Notes under the pieces: generated by a model
Told to the model about the DNA's origin: nothing
Databases searched by the model: none
Seen by the model: the letters and a program-made list of their open reading frames with translations, nothing else
Shown: piece after piece, positions 13,593 to 23,231 of the stretch
Layout of the letters: each line of letters starts with the position of its first letter
Position numbering within the stretch: the stretch's first letter is position 1
Assembly (NCBI GenBank): GCA_965215505.1
Contig: OZ244065.1
Coordinates: forward strand, 1,184,001 to 1,248,000
Reading direction: 5' to 3'
From: Capsulimonadaceae bacterium
GTDB taxonomy: Bacteria > Armatimonadota > Armatimonadia > Armatimonadales > Capsulimonadaceae
DNA: 64,000 nucleotides
Made by a program: the position numbers and the translations under genes

Positions 13593-13943
13593 TCAGCGCA
13601 TGCTGTTGTTGTGCTTGTCGCGGTAGATGGCCCGGCTGCTGCCGTTCAGCTCGCGCTGAATGTGGCGGCGCTCGGCGTGGGTGAACTTGCCGCCGGAGAG
13701 TTTGTCGCGGTACTCCTGGGTGCGGATGCGCGAGTCGCGGGCTTCCAAGCGGTACTGCTCGCGGCGGGTGAGCTGGCCGCTCTGCACACCCTGGTGGATG
13801 CGCCCCTGCTGATCGTGGAAGCGGGTGTTGATGCCGGCGGGGTGGTGAAAGGGCGGCGGGGGCGGCGTCTGCGCGGCCGCCGGGAGGGCCAGGACACCCA
13901 GCAGCAGGGCCGGGGCGATATACTTCGTGATGTTGATGTTCAT
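13593..13943 (-). CDS. Small secreted helical repeat protein
   Basis: Signal peptide; QQGRIHQGVQSGQLT and GKFTHAERR internal repeats. Confidence 0.7.
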   Translation of the reverse strand: MNINITKYIAPALLLGVLALPAAAQTPPPPPFHHPAGINTRFHDQQGRIHQGVQSGQLTRREQYRLEARDSRIRTQEYRDKLSGGKFTHAERRHIQRELNGSSRAIYRDKHNNSMR

Positions 13944-14099
13944 CGGGTACTTCACTTTCTTGTTTCTAGAGGCTCTCCGACAAGTGCCTGATTGGAAGAC
14001 GGCGGGACGGTCCTAAATGTTCACTGGCGAAGGCAGGGAACTTTCGACGGGCGGGGGACCTTTTTATTTTACCACCGCGCTTGTGGTAAAATGGAGGCT

Positions 14100-15014
14100 A
14101 TGACCCAGACCGTGTCTTATCATCTCACGCACCTTAGAGAACTCGAAGCCGAATCCATCTTCGTCCTGCGCGAAGTGGCCGCCCAGTTCGAGCGCCCCGC
14201 CCTGCTGTTTTCCGGCGGCAAGGACTCGATCATCCTCAGCCACCTGGCGCGGAAAGCGTTCTGGCCGGGCCGCATTCCCTTCCCACTGCTGCACATCGAC
14301 ACGGGGCATAACTTCCCCGAAGCCATCGAGTACCGGGACCGCTGGGTCGAGTCGCTGGGGGCCAAGCTGATCGTCCGCTACGTCCAGGACTCGATCAACC
14401 AGGGCCGGGCCGTCGAGGAGAAGGGCTATGAGGCCAGCCGGAACCTGCTCCAGACGGTGACGCTGCTGGACGCCCTCGAGGAGCTGAAGCTGGACGCCGC
14501 CCTGGGCGGCGCGCGCCGGGACGAGGAGAAGGCGCGGGCGAAGGAGCGGTTCTTCTCGCACCGGGATGAGTTCGGTCAGTGGGACCCGAAGGGGCAGCGG
14601 CCCGAACTGTGGAACCTGTTCAACGGCCACAAACACAGGGGCGAGCATTTCCGGGTCTTCCCGATCTCCAACTGGACCGAGATGGACGTCTGGCAGTACA
14701 TCTTGCAGGAGAAGATCGCGTTGCCCGGCCTCTATTTCACGCACGAGCGCGAGGTGATCGAGCGCGACGGCGTCCTGCTGGCCAACTCCGAGTTCCTGAA
14801 CAAGCGTCCCACCGAGACGCCAGAGATGCGCCGGGTGCGCTTCCGCACGGTCGGCGACATGACTAACACGGGGGCAGCGCTGTCGCCCGCGAACTCCGTG
14901 GAGGAGATCATCCAGGAGGTCGCCGCCGCCCGGACGACGGAGCGCGGGATGCGTGCCGACGACCGGCGCTCCGAAGCGGCGATGGAGGACCGGAAGAAGG
15001 AAGGGTACTTCTGA
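14100..15014 (+). CDS. cysD: Sulfate adenylyltransferase subunit 2
   Basis: LFSGGKDS, GGARRDEEKARAKER and the C-terminus MEDRKKEGYF. Confidence 0.95.
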   Translation: MTQTVSYHLTHLRELEAESIFVLREVAAQFERPALLFSGGKDSIILSHLARKAFWPGRIPFPLLHIDTGHNFPEAIEYRDRWVESLGAKLIVRYVQDSINQGRAVEEKGYEASRNLLQTVTLLDALEELKLDAALGGARRDEEKARAKERFFSHRDEFGQWDPKGQRPELWNLFNGHKHRGEHFRVFPISNWTEMDVWQYILQEKIALPGLYFTHEREVIERDGVLLANSEFLNKRPTETPEMRRVRFRTVGDMTNTGAALSPANSVEEIIQEVAAARTTERGMRADDRRSEAAMEDRKKEGYF

Positions 15015-15015
15015 G

Positions 15016-15339
15016 GTGACACATCGTGTTGGGATTGAAGTGTTCGCGCCGTTAAGCGATTGCTTCCTTCACAGTGAAATCATCTGCTTCCGCGAATGCT
15101 GCGGCATTGATGCGATTTCTGACGACCCAGACTTGGCCGCGGCCTGGGGCCGCAAAGTAGGTCACGAAAAAGTCATTCAAGCGCTGGGGCAGGTGAGGAA
15201 GTTGATTACACAGGTCGAAGACCGTTCCCACGATGTCACCTCGCCGTTCCTCAACGCCTGCACCAATGGTGACGCCGGGCGGGGGGAACTGCTCTCGTTC
15301 TTGCAAGCATTTGAAGCCGCTTTGAGGAGCCTCCCATGA
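15016..15339 (+). CDS. Hypothetical protein
   Basis: GTG start just after the cysD stop; stop overlaps the next ATG; lower GC. Confidence 0.45.
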   Translation: MTHRVGIEVFAPLSDCFLHSEIICFRECCGIDAISDDPDLAAAWGRKVGHEKVIQALGQVRKLITQVEDRSHDVTSPFLNACTNGDAGRGELLSFLQAFEAALRSLP

Positions 15340-15572
15340 ATGAAGTGCTGACACGCGCGGAGATGGAAGCGCGCTTTGATGGCGAGTGGGTGCTGATCGC
15401 CGAACCGGAGATGGACGAGAACCGGGACGTGCGGCGGGGGCGCGTCGTGTTCCACGGCAAAGACCGGGAAGCCATGTATGATTATGACGCTTCCCTTCAG
15501 CTCACGACGGCTGCTTACCTTTATTTAGGCCCGATGCCGGAGGCGTCTGTGATCCTGGGCTTCTGGTCGTGA
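15336..15572 (+). CDS. Small DUF5678-like protein
   Basis: RFDGEWVLI...GRVVFHGKDRE pattern; coupled to the aspartyl protease gene. Confidence 0.55.
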   Translation: MNEVLTRAEMEARFDGEWVLIAEPEMDENRDVRRGRVVFHGKDREAMYDYDASLQLTTAAYLYLGPMPEASVILGFWS

Positions 15573-15949
15573 GTGTACCGTTCAACCCTACGGGTACTCT
15601 GATTGTCGTGACCGCGACCGTGTTCGGCCCGCGCGGCAACCGGGCGGTACGTCTCGCTCTGGACACGGCCGCGAGTGAGACGGCGATCAGCCGCCGCGTC
15701 TTGGGGATAATAGGCGTTGACATGACCGCCTCTCCCACCGTGCCGGTGACGATGGGAGGCGGCACGGTATACGTTCCCCTCGTCACTGTGGATCACCTAG
15801 AAGCATTAGGGCAGACACAGTCGGGGGTGACGATCCAGGCCCACACGCTGCCCTCCTCGCTGCCGATAGATGGCCTGCTCGGCTTGGACTTCATCCGAGG
15901 CCAGCGGCTCGTCGTTGACTTCCGCACGGGACAGATCAGCCTCACATGA
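15569..15949 (+). CDS. Retropepsin-like aspartyl protease
   Basis: LALDTAAS (variant of DTG) and IDGLLGLDF motifs. Confidence 0.8.
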   Translation: MSVPFNPTGTLIVVTATVFGPRGNRAVRLALDTAASETAISRRVLGIIGVDMTASPTVPVTMGGGTVYVPLVTVDHLEALGQTQSGVTIQAHTLPSSLPIDGLLGLDFIRGQRLVVDFRTGQISLT

Positions 15950-15968
15950 GAAAGACAGGAAGTAAAGG

Positions 15969-16574
15969 TTGAACACAGAACGGCTCGAACAGCAGATCGC
16001 GTTTCTGCTCGAAATAGACAAACTTAAGAGCGTCCTGCGGCGGACGTACCTGCTGAACGAACCGCGCCATGAGAACTCGGCGGAGCATTCGTGGCACCTG
16101 GCCGTCATGGCGATGCTGCTGGGGGAGCACGCGAACGCCGAAGTCAACTTGCTGCACGTCCTGAAGATGCTCTTGATCCATGACTTGGTAGAGATAGATT
16201 CGGGCGACACCTACATCTACGACGTGGCGGGCAACGAGAGCAAGGCCGCGCGGGAGCAAGAGGCGGCGGGGCGCATCTTCGGCCTGCTGCCGGACGACCA
16301 GCGGGACGAGATGCACCGGCTCTGGGAGGAGTTCGAAGCCCGCACGACGCCCGAAGCGCGTTTCGCGGCAGCTTTAGACCGCCTGATGCCGATGCTGCAC
16401 AACTATCACACGCAGGGCCGGTCGTGGCGCGAGCATGGGGTGACGGACGCACAGGTGGTCAGCCATAATGGACACATGGCGGAAGGCGCGGCGGGGCTGT
16501 GGGAGTACGCCGAGGCGATGATCCAGGAGGCGGTCGGCAAGGGGTATTTGACAGAGGCAGGCAAAGTAGCGTGA
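15969..16574 (+). CDS. HD-domain hydrolase (HDDC2/YfbR-like)
   Basis: ENSAEHSW and LIHDLVEID motifs. Confidence 0.85.
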   Translation: MNTERLEQQIAFLLEIDKLKSVLRRTYLLNEPRHENSAEHSWHLAVMAMLLGEHANAEVNLLHVLKMLLIHDLVEIDSGDTYIYDVAGNESKAAREQEAAGRIFGLLPDDQRDEMHRLWEEFEARTTPEARFAAALDRLMPMLHNYHTQGRSWREHGVTDAQVVSHNGHMAEGAAGLWEYAEAMIQEAVGKGYLTEAGKVA

Positions 16575-16581
16575 CGCTGAC

Positions 16582-16995
16582 ATGTCATCATTTAGCCACT
16601 ATGCGCGCAAAACGCGCAACCCACGTTTGGACATATGGATACGGTGGTCCGCCCTGCACTCCTGTGTGCTGCGGTATTGTGTACTGACACATCAACCGTT
16701 CCCCACAGTGCGAGCGAGGCTGATCCTGCCGCTGGAAGTGGGTCAAGGAAGGCCGCCCACTGAACAACAGTTATGGGACGTTACCACCACTCTGGAGTCT
16801 GAGCGGAACAGGTTTCTAGAGCGGCTTCGTGCCTTCCAGCGGAAGCGCATCACAGAAAAAGCACACGGCAGACATTCTCCCAGTGCCAAAGAATTTGAAG
16901 CTCTTTATCTCCCGATAGCAGAGGGAACAAAGGCTGACAAGCTAGCAAGCCTGAATCTCCACCCGTTCCGCCGCAGAGTCTGCGGAAAGCTATGA
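16582..16995 (+). CDS. Hypothetical protein
   Basis: ORF fills the gap before cysN; lower GC. Confidence 0.45.
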   Translation: MSSFSHYARKTRNPRLDIWIRWSALHSCVLRYCVLTHQPFPTVRARLILPLEVGQGRPPTEQQLWDVTTTLESERNRFLERLRAFQRKRITEKAHGRHSPSAKEFEALYLPIAEGTKADKLASLNLHPFRRRVCGKL

Positions 16996-17002
16996 ACCCA
17001 AC

Positions 17003-18295
17003 ATGACACACGAAAACGTAGTGAACGACTTTTCAACGACGGGCTATCTGGACATGGACCTGCTGCGCTTCACGACGGCGGGGAGCGTGGATGACGGCAA
17101 GAGTACGCTGATCGGGCGGCTTTTGTATGACAGCAAAGCCATCTTCGACGACCAGTATGAGGCGATCAGGGAGTCCACGGAGCGGCGGGGCGAGGAGGGG
17201 GTTAACCTGGCCCTGCTGACGGACGGGCTGCGGGCGGAGCGGGAGCAGGGCATCACGATTGATGTGGCGTACCGGTACTTCGCGACGCCTCGGCGCAAGT
17301 TCATCATCGCGGACACGCCCGGCCACATCCAGTACACGCGCAACATGGTGACGGGGGCCTCCACGGCGAACCTCGCGATCATCCTGGTGGACGCGCGCAA
17401 GGGGGTCATCGAGCAGACGCGGCGGCACGCCATCATCGCGTCCCTGCTGGGCATCCCGCACATCGTCGTCTGCGTCAACAAGATGGATTTGGTGGAGTAT
17501 AGTCAAGAAGTTTTTGAGGGCATCAAACGCGACTTCGAGCTATTCGCGTCGGGCTTGAAGGTAGCGGACGCGCGGTTCATCCCCATCAGCGCCCTGCACG
17601 GCGATAACGTGGTAGACCCATCGCAGAACATGGACTGGTACGACGGCCCCGCCCTGCTTGCCCTGCTGGAGACGGTGCCCATCGAGAACGACGTCAACCT
17701 GACGGACGCGCGGTTTCCGGTCCAATACGTCATCCGGCCGCAGTCGGCGGAGTTCCCGGACTACCGGGGGTACGCGGGGCGGATCGCGGGCGGCGTCTTC
17801 CGCCCCGGAGACGCCGTGCTGGCCCTGCCGGCCAATGTCCGGTCGCGGGTACAGTCGGTGGACACGTTCGAGGGAGCGCAGGCGGAAGGGTTCGCGCCGA
17901 TGTCGGTGGCGCTGACCTTGGAAGACGAGATAGACATCAGCCGGGGCGACATGATCGTCGCCGCCGATGACCCGCCGCAGGTGGGGCAGGATGTGGACAT
18001 CATGGTCTGCTGGCTGGGCGAGAAGGCTCTGGTCCCGAACGGCAAGTACACGGTCAAGCACACGTCGCGCGAGGTGCGGGCCATCGTCAAGGCCGTCCGG
18101 TACAAGCTGGACATCAGCACGCTGGAAAAGAACGAGGCCGACACGTCCGTCGGCCTGAACGAGATCGCGCGGCTGACCCTGCGGACGACCCAGCCGCTGT
18201 TTTTCGACTCGTACCGCCGCAACCGGGCGACGGGCAGCCTGATCCTGATTGACGAGGCGACGAACGAGACGGTGGGCGCGGGGATGATCGTATGA
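17003..18295 (+). CDS. cysN: Sulfate adenylyltransferase subunit 1 (GTPase)
   Basis: GSVDDGKST, EREQGITIDVAY, DTPGH and NKMD motifs. Confidence 0.95.
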   Translation: MTHENVVNDFSTTGYLDMDLLRFTTAGSVDDGKSTLIGRLLYDSKAIFDDQYEAIRESTERRGEEGVNLALLTDGLRAEREQGITIDVAYRYFATPRRKFIIADTPGHIQYTRNMVTGASTANLAIILVDARKGVIEQTRRHAIIASLLGIPHIVVCVNKMDLVEYSQEVFEGIKRDFELFASGLKVADARFIPISALHGDNVVDPSQNMDWYDGPALLALLETVPIENDVNLTDARFPVQYVIRPQSAEFPDYRGYAGRIAGGVFRPGDAVLALPANVRSRVQSVDTFEGAQAEGFAPMSVALTLEDEIDISRGDMIVAADDPPQVGQDVDIMVCWLGEKALVPNGKYTVKHTSREVRAIVKAVRYKLDISTLEKNEADTSVGLNEIARLTLRTTQPLFFDSYRRNRATGSLILIDEATNETVGAGMIV

Positions 18296-18969
18296 GAGAG
18301 TTGAGTCAGACGGTCATAGGGGCGCGGCGAGTGGCTGAAAGGGCGGGGCGGGTGGTCGGGAGGGCGCGGCAAGCGGCGCCCCTACTCCTTCTCCTGCTGA
18401 ACGGGTGCAGCAGTGACCGGCCTTACTACGCCGGGCCGCCGCAGGGGCAGCCGCACCGGCCCCCGGCACCGGCCGCCAAGCCCGTCATCGCGGACGCGGG
18501 CGGGCCGCCGGACCCGCTGATCGGGGAGACGGGGCAGACGTCGGCGAACCCCCTCATGGGGAACGACCCGCTGCTCGGAAACGACTCCTTGCTTGGGCGC
18601 ACGCATCCCATGAAGCATACACACTGGCTGCGGGGCCGGCTGCACGACGCGCGCGTGACGGTGCTGCTGAACGGGGTCTGGTACGGGACTTTCTCCGGGG
18701 CGATCGACAGGGACATCAACAGAGGTCTGCGCCAGGGGGCCAACACGGTGAAGTTCGTGTACCAGCCCAGATCGGCATCGTCGGCGGGTGCCCTGGAGAT
18801 CGTTGAGAGCGAACACCACCCCCCCATCACCCTAGTCACTTTCCGCAGTCAGACCGCCTCGGAGGCTGCCGGCCGCACCGCAGGCTCGCCCCAGGCCCTG
18901 GGAGGAGGCCGCACCGCGGCCGCCTCGTTGAAGCCGGTGGCGCAGACATTCCCGCTCATCGCGAACTGA
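18292..18969 (+). CDS. Hypothetical lipoprotein
   Basis: ATGA overlap with cysN; lipobox LLLLLNGC; Pro-rich linker. Confidence 0.55.
   Translation: MRELSQTVIGARRVAERAGRVVGRARQAAPLLLLLLNGCSSDRPYYAGPPQGQPHRPPAPAAKPVIADAGGPPDPLIGETGQTSANPLMGNDPLLGNDSLLGRTHPMKHTHWLRGRLHDARVTVLLNGVWYGTFSGAIDRDINRGLRQGANTVKFVYQPRSASSAGALEIVESEHHPPITLVTFRSQTASEAAGRTAGSPQALGGGRTAAASLKPVAQTFPLIAN
18361..18385 (-). repeat. GTAG-type REP inside the lipoprotein signal-peptide region
   Basis: AGGGCGCGGCAAGCGGCGCCCCTAC differs by one base from the intergenic copy at 60227-60251. Confidence 0.7.
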
Positions 18970-19000
18970 CTTAGACCAAGCACGGGCAGGGGACATACGC

Positions 19001-19813
19001 ATGGAACTAGGACTGACCGGCAAAGTCGCCATCGTCGCGGCCTCCTCCCAGGGCCTGGGGCGGGCCTGCGCCGAGGCCCTGGCCCGCGAGGGCGCGCGGG
19101 TCGTCATCAACGGGCGTCGGCCCGAGGCGCTGGCTCAGGCCGCCCAGGCGATCCGGCAGGTGATGGCCGTCCGGGGCGCGGACGTGCATACGGTCGCCGG
19201 GGACGTGACGGACCCCGAGGCGATCAGCCGCCTGATCAAAGCCACGCTGGCCCGGTTCGGGCAGCTTGACATCCTGGTGACGAACGGCGGCGGTCCCTCC
19301 CCCGGCAAGTTCGCGGACCTGTCGGAGCGGGACTGGCAGGCCGGCTTGGACAGCACGCTCTGGCCGGTCCTGCGGCTGATCCGGGCGGCGGTTCCGCACC
19401 TCACGGCGGCGAAGGAGCGCGGCGGGGGGCGCATCATCAACATCGTCTCCACGAGCGTCAAGCAGCCCATCCCCGGCCTCTTCCTTTCCAGCGCCCTCCG
19501 GCCCGCCGTGATCGGGCTGGCGAAGAGCCTGTCCGTCGAGCTGGCCGCCGACGGCATCCTGGTCAACAACGTCTGCCCCGGCTCCTTCGCCACCGACCGC
19601 ATCCGGCACGTCTACGAGGCCCGCGCCGAGGGCACGGCGTACACCGTCGAGCAGGTGGCCGCGCAGGCCGCCGAGATGATCCCCCTGCGCCGCCTGGGCG
19701 ACCCGCGCGAACTCGGCAGCGTCGTCGCCTTCCTCGCCTCGGACAAGGCCGGCTACCTGACCGGCCAGACACTCTCGGTGGACGGCGGGCTGGTGAACGG
19801 GCTGTTCGGGTGA
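19001..19813 (+). CDS. SDR family oxidoreductase
   Basis: AASSQGLG, DILVTNGGGP and LTGQTLSVDGG motifs. Confidence 0.9.
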   Translation: MELGLTGKVAIVAASSQGLGRACAEALAREGARVVINGRRPEALAQAAQAIRQVMAVRGADVHTVAGDVTDPEAISRLIKATLARFGQLDILVTNGGGPSPGKFADLSERDWQAGLDSTLWPVLRLIRAAVPHLTAAKERGGGRIINIVSTSVKQPIPGLFLSSALRPAVIGLAKSLSVELAADGILVNNVCPGSFATDRIRHVYEARAEGTAYTVEQVAAQAAEMIPLRRLGDPRELGSVVAFLASDKAGYLTGQTLSVDGGLVNGLFG

Positions 19814-19832
19814 ACACTACTCCTACTGGCCT

Positions 19833-20297
19833 TTAGCCTAAGTGCTTCTCATAGCACAGGCTCACCCCGTCCTCCGCGTACTCCCCGAACGGCTCGCACC
19901 TCGAAAATCCCATGCCTTCGTAGAGTCTAACCGCCTCCGGCTGATGGATGCCTGTTTCTAGGCGCAGGATGCGGAACCCGTTCTGCTGTGACAGCCGCTC
20001 CAGATGCCTGAGCAGGGCCTGCGCTACCCCCCGTCCGCGCCACTGCGGCGGGACGTACATCCGCTTGACCTCGGCGTAATCTGCGCTGACGAACTTGACC
20101 GCCCCGCAGCCGACAGCGATGCCATCAAACCGCGCGACCAGGAAAGTCACCGATCGATTCAGCAGGGCTGCGACGGGAAGCCCATGGCGGTTTTCAGGCG
20201 CATACAGACCAGCGAGATGGGTATCAAGCGCCTCAATGAGCGCCAGTGCTTCCGCGCTGTCTGGCGGTTCCGACTGGATGGATAGCATGGGATTCAC
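19833..20297 (-). CDS. GNAT N-acetyltransferase
   Basis: EVKRMYV..WRGRGVA and LETG motifs. Confidence 0.85.
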   Translation of the reverse strand: MNPMLSIQSEPPDSAEALALIEALDTHLAGLYAPENRHGLPVAALLNRSVTFLVARFDGIAVGCGAVKFVSADYAEVKRMYVPPQWRGRGVAQALLRHLERLSQQNGFRILRLETGIHQPEAVRLYEGMGFSRCEPFGEYAEDGVSLCYEKHLG

Positions 20298-20453
20298 GTT
20301 TTTCTCCCGACGGTGTCACCTGCGGATAGACTGGTATTCACCAGCCTCGGGCCGGCCTCCTGCCTGCTCCCGGCAGGAAATCCGGAGGCTGACGGCGAAC
20401 GGGGAGGCAAGACAAGTCGTGACCGGGGAAGACCCGGAAAGGAACCCCACACT

Positions 20454-20996
20454 ATGGCATCCCTGGAAGAGCGCGTCGGCGAGGCGTTCGAGATGGGCGA
20501 GCAGTTGACGGTCATCGGCGGCAAGCTGACGCCCGGCGCGGCTGCCCCCGCGTTCGAGCTGGACTGGCTCGACCCGGCAGACTCGGCGATCCACAGCGTC
20601 CGGCTGAGTGACTCGGACGGAAAGGTGCGCCTGCTCAACCTGGTCAACTCGCTTGACACTCCGGTCTGCCACATCGAAACCCACCACTGGGATGGTCTGC
20701 GCTCGGAGATGCCGCCCACTGTGATGGTCTACACCGTCAGCATGGACCTCCCCTTCGCACAGGAGCGATGGGCTAAGGGGGAGGGCGTCGGCCATGCCCT
20801 GCTGTCGTCCCACCGCTCCACGCGGTTCGGGGAGGACTATGGGGCGCTCATCAAGGAGTGGCGACTGCTCCAGCGCGCCGCCATTGTCATCGACCGCGCG
20901 GGGCGCGTCGTCCACGCCGAGTATGTGAAGGACCAGATGACCGAGCCGGACTATGATGCGGCGGTGGCGGCAGCCTTGCGGGCGACTGCCGCCTGA
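20454..20996 (+). CDS. tpx: Thiol peroxidase (Tpx-type) with a single cysteine
   Basis: SLDTPVC and SMDLPFAQ motifs. Confidence 0.8.
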   Translation: MASLEERVGEAFEMGEQLTVIGGKLTPGAAAPAFELDWLDPADSAIHSVRLSDSDGKVRLLNLVNSLDTPVCHIETHHWDGLRSEMPPTVMVYTVSMDLPFAQERWAKGEGVGHALLSSHRSTRFGEDYGALIKEWRLLQRAAIVIDRAGRVVHAEYVKDQMTEPDYDAAVAAALRATAA

Positions 20997-21664
20997 TTTC
21001 CGTTCCGGGTGTGCCGTGCAGGATAACGGTAGTGGCCGGTGATCGGCCACAGAGTCAGCACGTCCTGCTCGGCGCAGCGGTCCAGGTTGTGGATGACGTA
21101 GGGGACGCCCGACGGGCCGCGCCGGTCGGAGACGATGCCGGTGTGGTCGCCGGGCGTCCGCCAGCAGACGATGTCGCCCGGCTCCCACTCGGCCAGCGTC
21201 GCCGGGGACACGGTGGTCGTCAAGGCCTGCCCGTGCCGCGTGAAGAAACAGGCGAGGTTCGGGACCCGGCGGTGGTCAATGTTCGGGTCAGGCCCGCGCA
21301 GGCCCCACTTGTGCGGGTACTGGTCCCAATGCGCGGCCATGTCCCGATGCACCAGGGATTGCAGGTCATAGCCGCCCGCGCGCAGGCTGCGGACGACGAC
21401 ATCGGTGCAGGCCCCCTCCCCCGCCGGCGGGTCGCCGTTCGGGTAGGACAGGACGCGGTACGAGGCGTCGTAAGCGTCGCCGATCTGCGCCTTTGCCCCG
21501 GCGACGACCTTGGCCTGGAACGGAGTCAGCGGGATGGCGGTCGGCAGCGCAGGAGCGGGCGTTCCGGCGGCGGGAGCGGCTGAGGGTCGCCGCGATGACA
21601 GGCCGCAGCCCAGGAGGGCGGACGCGCTCAGGGCGAGCAAAAGCAGGGCGGCACGGCACATCAT
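20951..21664 (-). CDS. DUF1287-family lipoprotein
   Basis: Lipobox LLGC; GACTDVVVRS, PNIDHRRVPNL and HTGIVS motifs. Confidence 0.8.
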   Translation of the reverse strand: MMCRAALLLLALSASALLGCGLSSRRPSAAPAAGTPAPALPTAIPLTPFQAKVVAGAKAQIGDAYDASYRVLSYPNGDPPAGEGACTDVVVRSLRAGGYDLQSLVHRDMAAHWDQYPHKWGLRGPDPNIDHRRVPNLACFFTRHGQALTTTVSPATLAEWEPGDIVCWRTPGDHTGIVSDRRGPSGVPYVIHNLDRCAEQDVLTLWPITGHYRYPARHTRNGNQAAVARKAAATAAS

Positions 21665-23187
21665 GGCTGCCGCCGCGCGCGCGCCAGGGCGATGCCGACG
21701 GCGGCAAGGGCGGCACCGGCCATCCCCAGCGCGAGGGCCGTCTGGTTCGGGCGGACCGTGTTGACATACGCGCCCAGCGCGGCCTTTGCCAGCGGCTCCT
21801 GCCCCTTGCGCTCGTACCAGCGCTGGGCGGCGTGCTGGGAGGCCATGGAGAGGGTCGGGTAGATGTGGACCAGGTCGGCGACGGCCCGGACCGAGTGGCC
21901 GTTCTGCATCGCCAGGGTCCACTCCTGCATCAGCTCGCTGCCGCGCGGGCCGAAGATGTGGACGCCGAGGATCTTGCCGGCGAGGCCCGTCGTCAGCACC
22001 TTGACGAAGCCGCGCGTCTCGTTGTCCGTGATCGCCCGGTCGTTCTGCGCGAACGGCTGCTTGTAGACCTCATAGGCCAGGCCTTGCGCCCTGGCTTCCT
22101 CTTCCGTCAACCCTAGATGAACGACCTCCGGGTCGGTAAATGTCGCCCACGGGCTGAGATGGAAGTCGGCGCGGCTCTCGCCGGGGAAGATGATGTTGCG
22201 GACGACCGTTTTGGCCTCATACTCGGCCATGTGCGAGAACTGGTCGTGCCCCAAAAGGTCCCCGCAGGCATAGATGTGGGGCGCGGTCGTCTGCAACTTG
22301 GCGTTCGTTTTGACACTTTTCGCGTCGTACTCCACTCCCGCCGCCTCCAGGTCCAGCCCCGATGTGTTCGGGACGCGGCCCACCGTCGTCAGTATCTCCT
22401 CGCAGACGATCTCATGGCGGTCGTCGTGCTGCTTGACTGTCACGACCTTGCGGCAGTCCTCAGCACGCACGGACTCGACCGAGGCGCTGAACCGGATGTC
22501 AATGCCCTCTTCGCGCAGCACGGCGGCCAGGGCGGAGGCAAGCTCCACGTCGTCACGCGGCAGCAGGCGCTCACGGTTCTGAACGAGGGTGACGCGGCTG
22601 CCCAGGCGGCTGAACGCCTGCGCCATCTCCACGCCGTTCGGCCCGCCGCCAATGATCAGCAGCGACTCGGGGATGGCTTCCAGGTCGAAGATCGTCTGAT
22701 TTGTCTGGCAGCCAACGCCTTCGAGGCCGGGGATGTCCAGCGGCGCGGGGCTGGAGCCGGTCGCCAGGATGAAGTTCGCCGCCGTCAGACTCTTGCCGTC
22801 TAGGCGGAGCGTGTGCGGGTCAGTGAATGAGGCGCTGCCGCGCTTGATCTCGACGCCGTTGTCGGTCAGCAGCTTCGCCGTCGCGTCCGCCCCCTCGACG
22901 GTGCGGATCGTCTCGCGGACGTGCCGCATGACATTGGCCGCGTCCTCGCGCGTGACCGGGACCGACTTTAGGCCCACCTCGCCCGCCGTCCGCAGTGTGT
23001 GCGCGACGCGGGCGGCTTGCAGGAGCGCCTTGCTCGGGACGCAGCCGGTGTTCAGGCACTCTCCGCCCATCTTGCCCTTCTCGATGAGCAGGACGCGCAT
23101 CCCCAGCGCGCCTGCCATGACGCCCGAGACGATGCCCGCCGAGCCGCCGCCGAGGATGATAATGTCGTAGTCGTACTTCGCTGCCAT
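21661..23187 (-). CDS. Class I pyridine nucleotide-disulfide oxidoreductase (Lpd/MerA-like) with hydrophobic C-terminal tail
   Basis: GGGSAG and GGECLNTGCVPSK motifs; no C-terminal Cys pair. Confidence 0.85.
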   Translation of the reverse strand: MAAKYDYDIIILGGGSAGIVSGVMAGALGMRVLLIEKGKMGGECLNTGCVPSKALLQAARVAHTLRTAGEVGLKSVPVTREDAANVMRHVRETIRTVEGADATAKLLTDNGVEIKRGSASFTDPHTLRLDGKSLTAANFILATGSSPAPLDIPGLEGVGCQTNQTIFDLEAIPESLLIIGGGPNGVEMAQAFSRLGSRVTLVQNRERLLPRDDVELASALAAVLREEGIDIRFSASVESVRAEDCRKVVTVKQHDDRHEIVCEEILTTVGRVPNTSGLDLEAAGVEYDAKSVKTNAKLQTTAPHIYACGDLLGHDQFSHMAEYEAKTVVRNIIFPGESRADFHLSPWATFTDPEVVHLGLTEEEARAQGLAYEVYKQPFAQNDRAITDNETRGFVKVLTTGLAGKILGVHIFGPRGSELMQEWTLAMQNGHSVRAVADLVHIYPTLSMASQHAAQRWYERKGQEPLAKAALGAYVNTVRPNQTALALGMAGAALAAVGIALARARRQP

Positions 23188-23231
23188 GGTGTCTTTCTGT
23201 GCGGCTGCCCTAGGGCTGAAGGTCTCAGCAG

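Noticed and set aside
20330-20450. Riboswitch in the tpx upstream region
   Set aside because: A GC-rich stem can be drawn but no known aptamer consensus was recognised; an Rfam scan is needed
21661-23187. Mercuric reductase (merA) call for either flavoprotein reductase
   Set aside because: No C-terminal Cys-Cys pair, no NmerA domain and no mer operon genes
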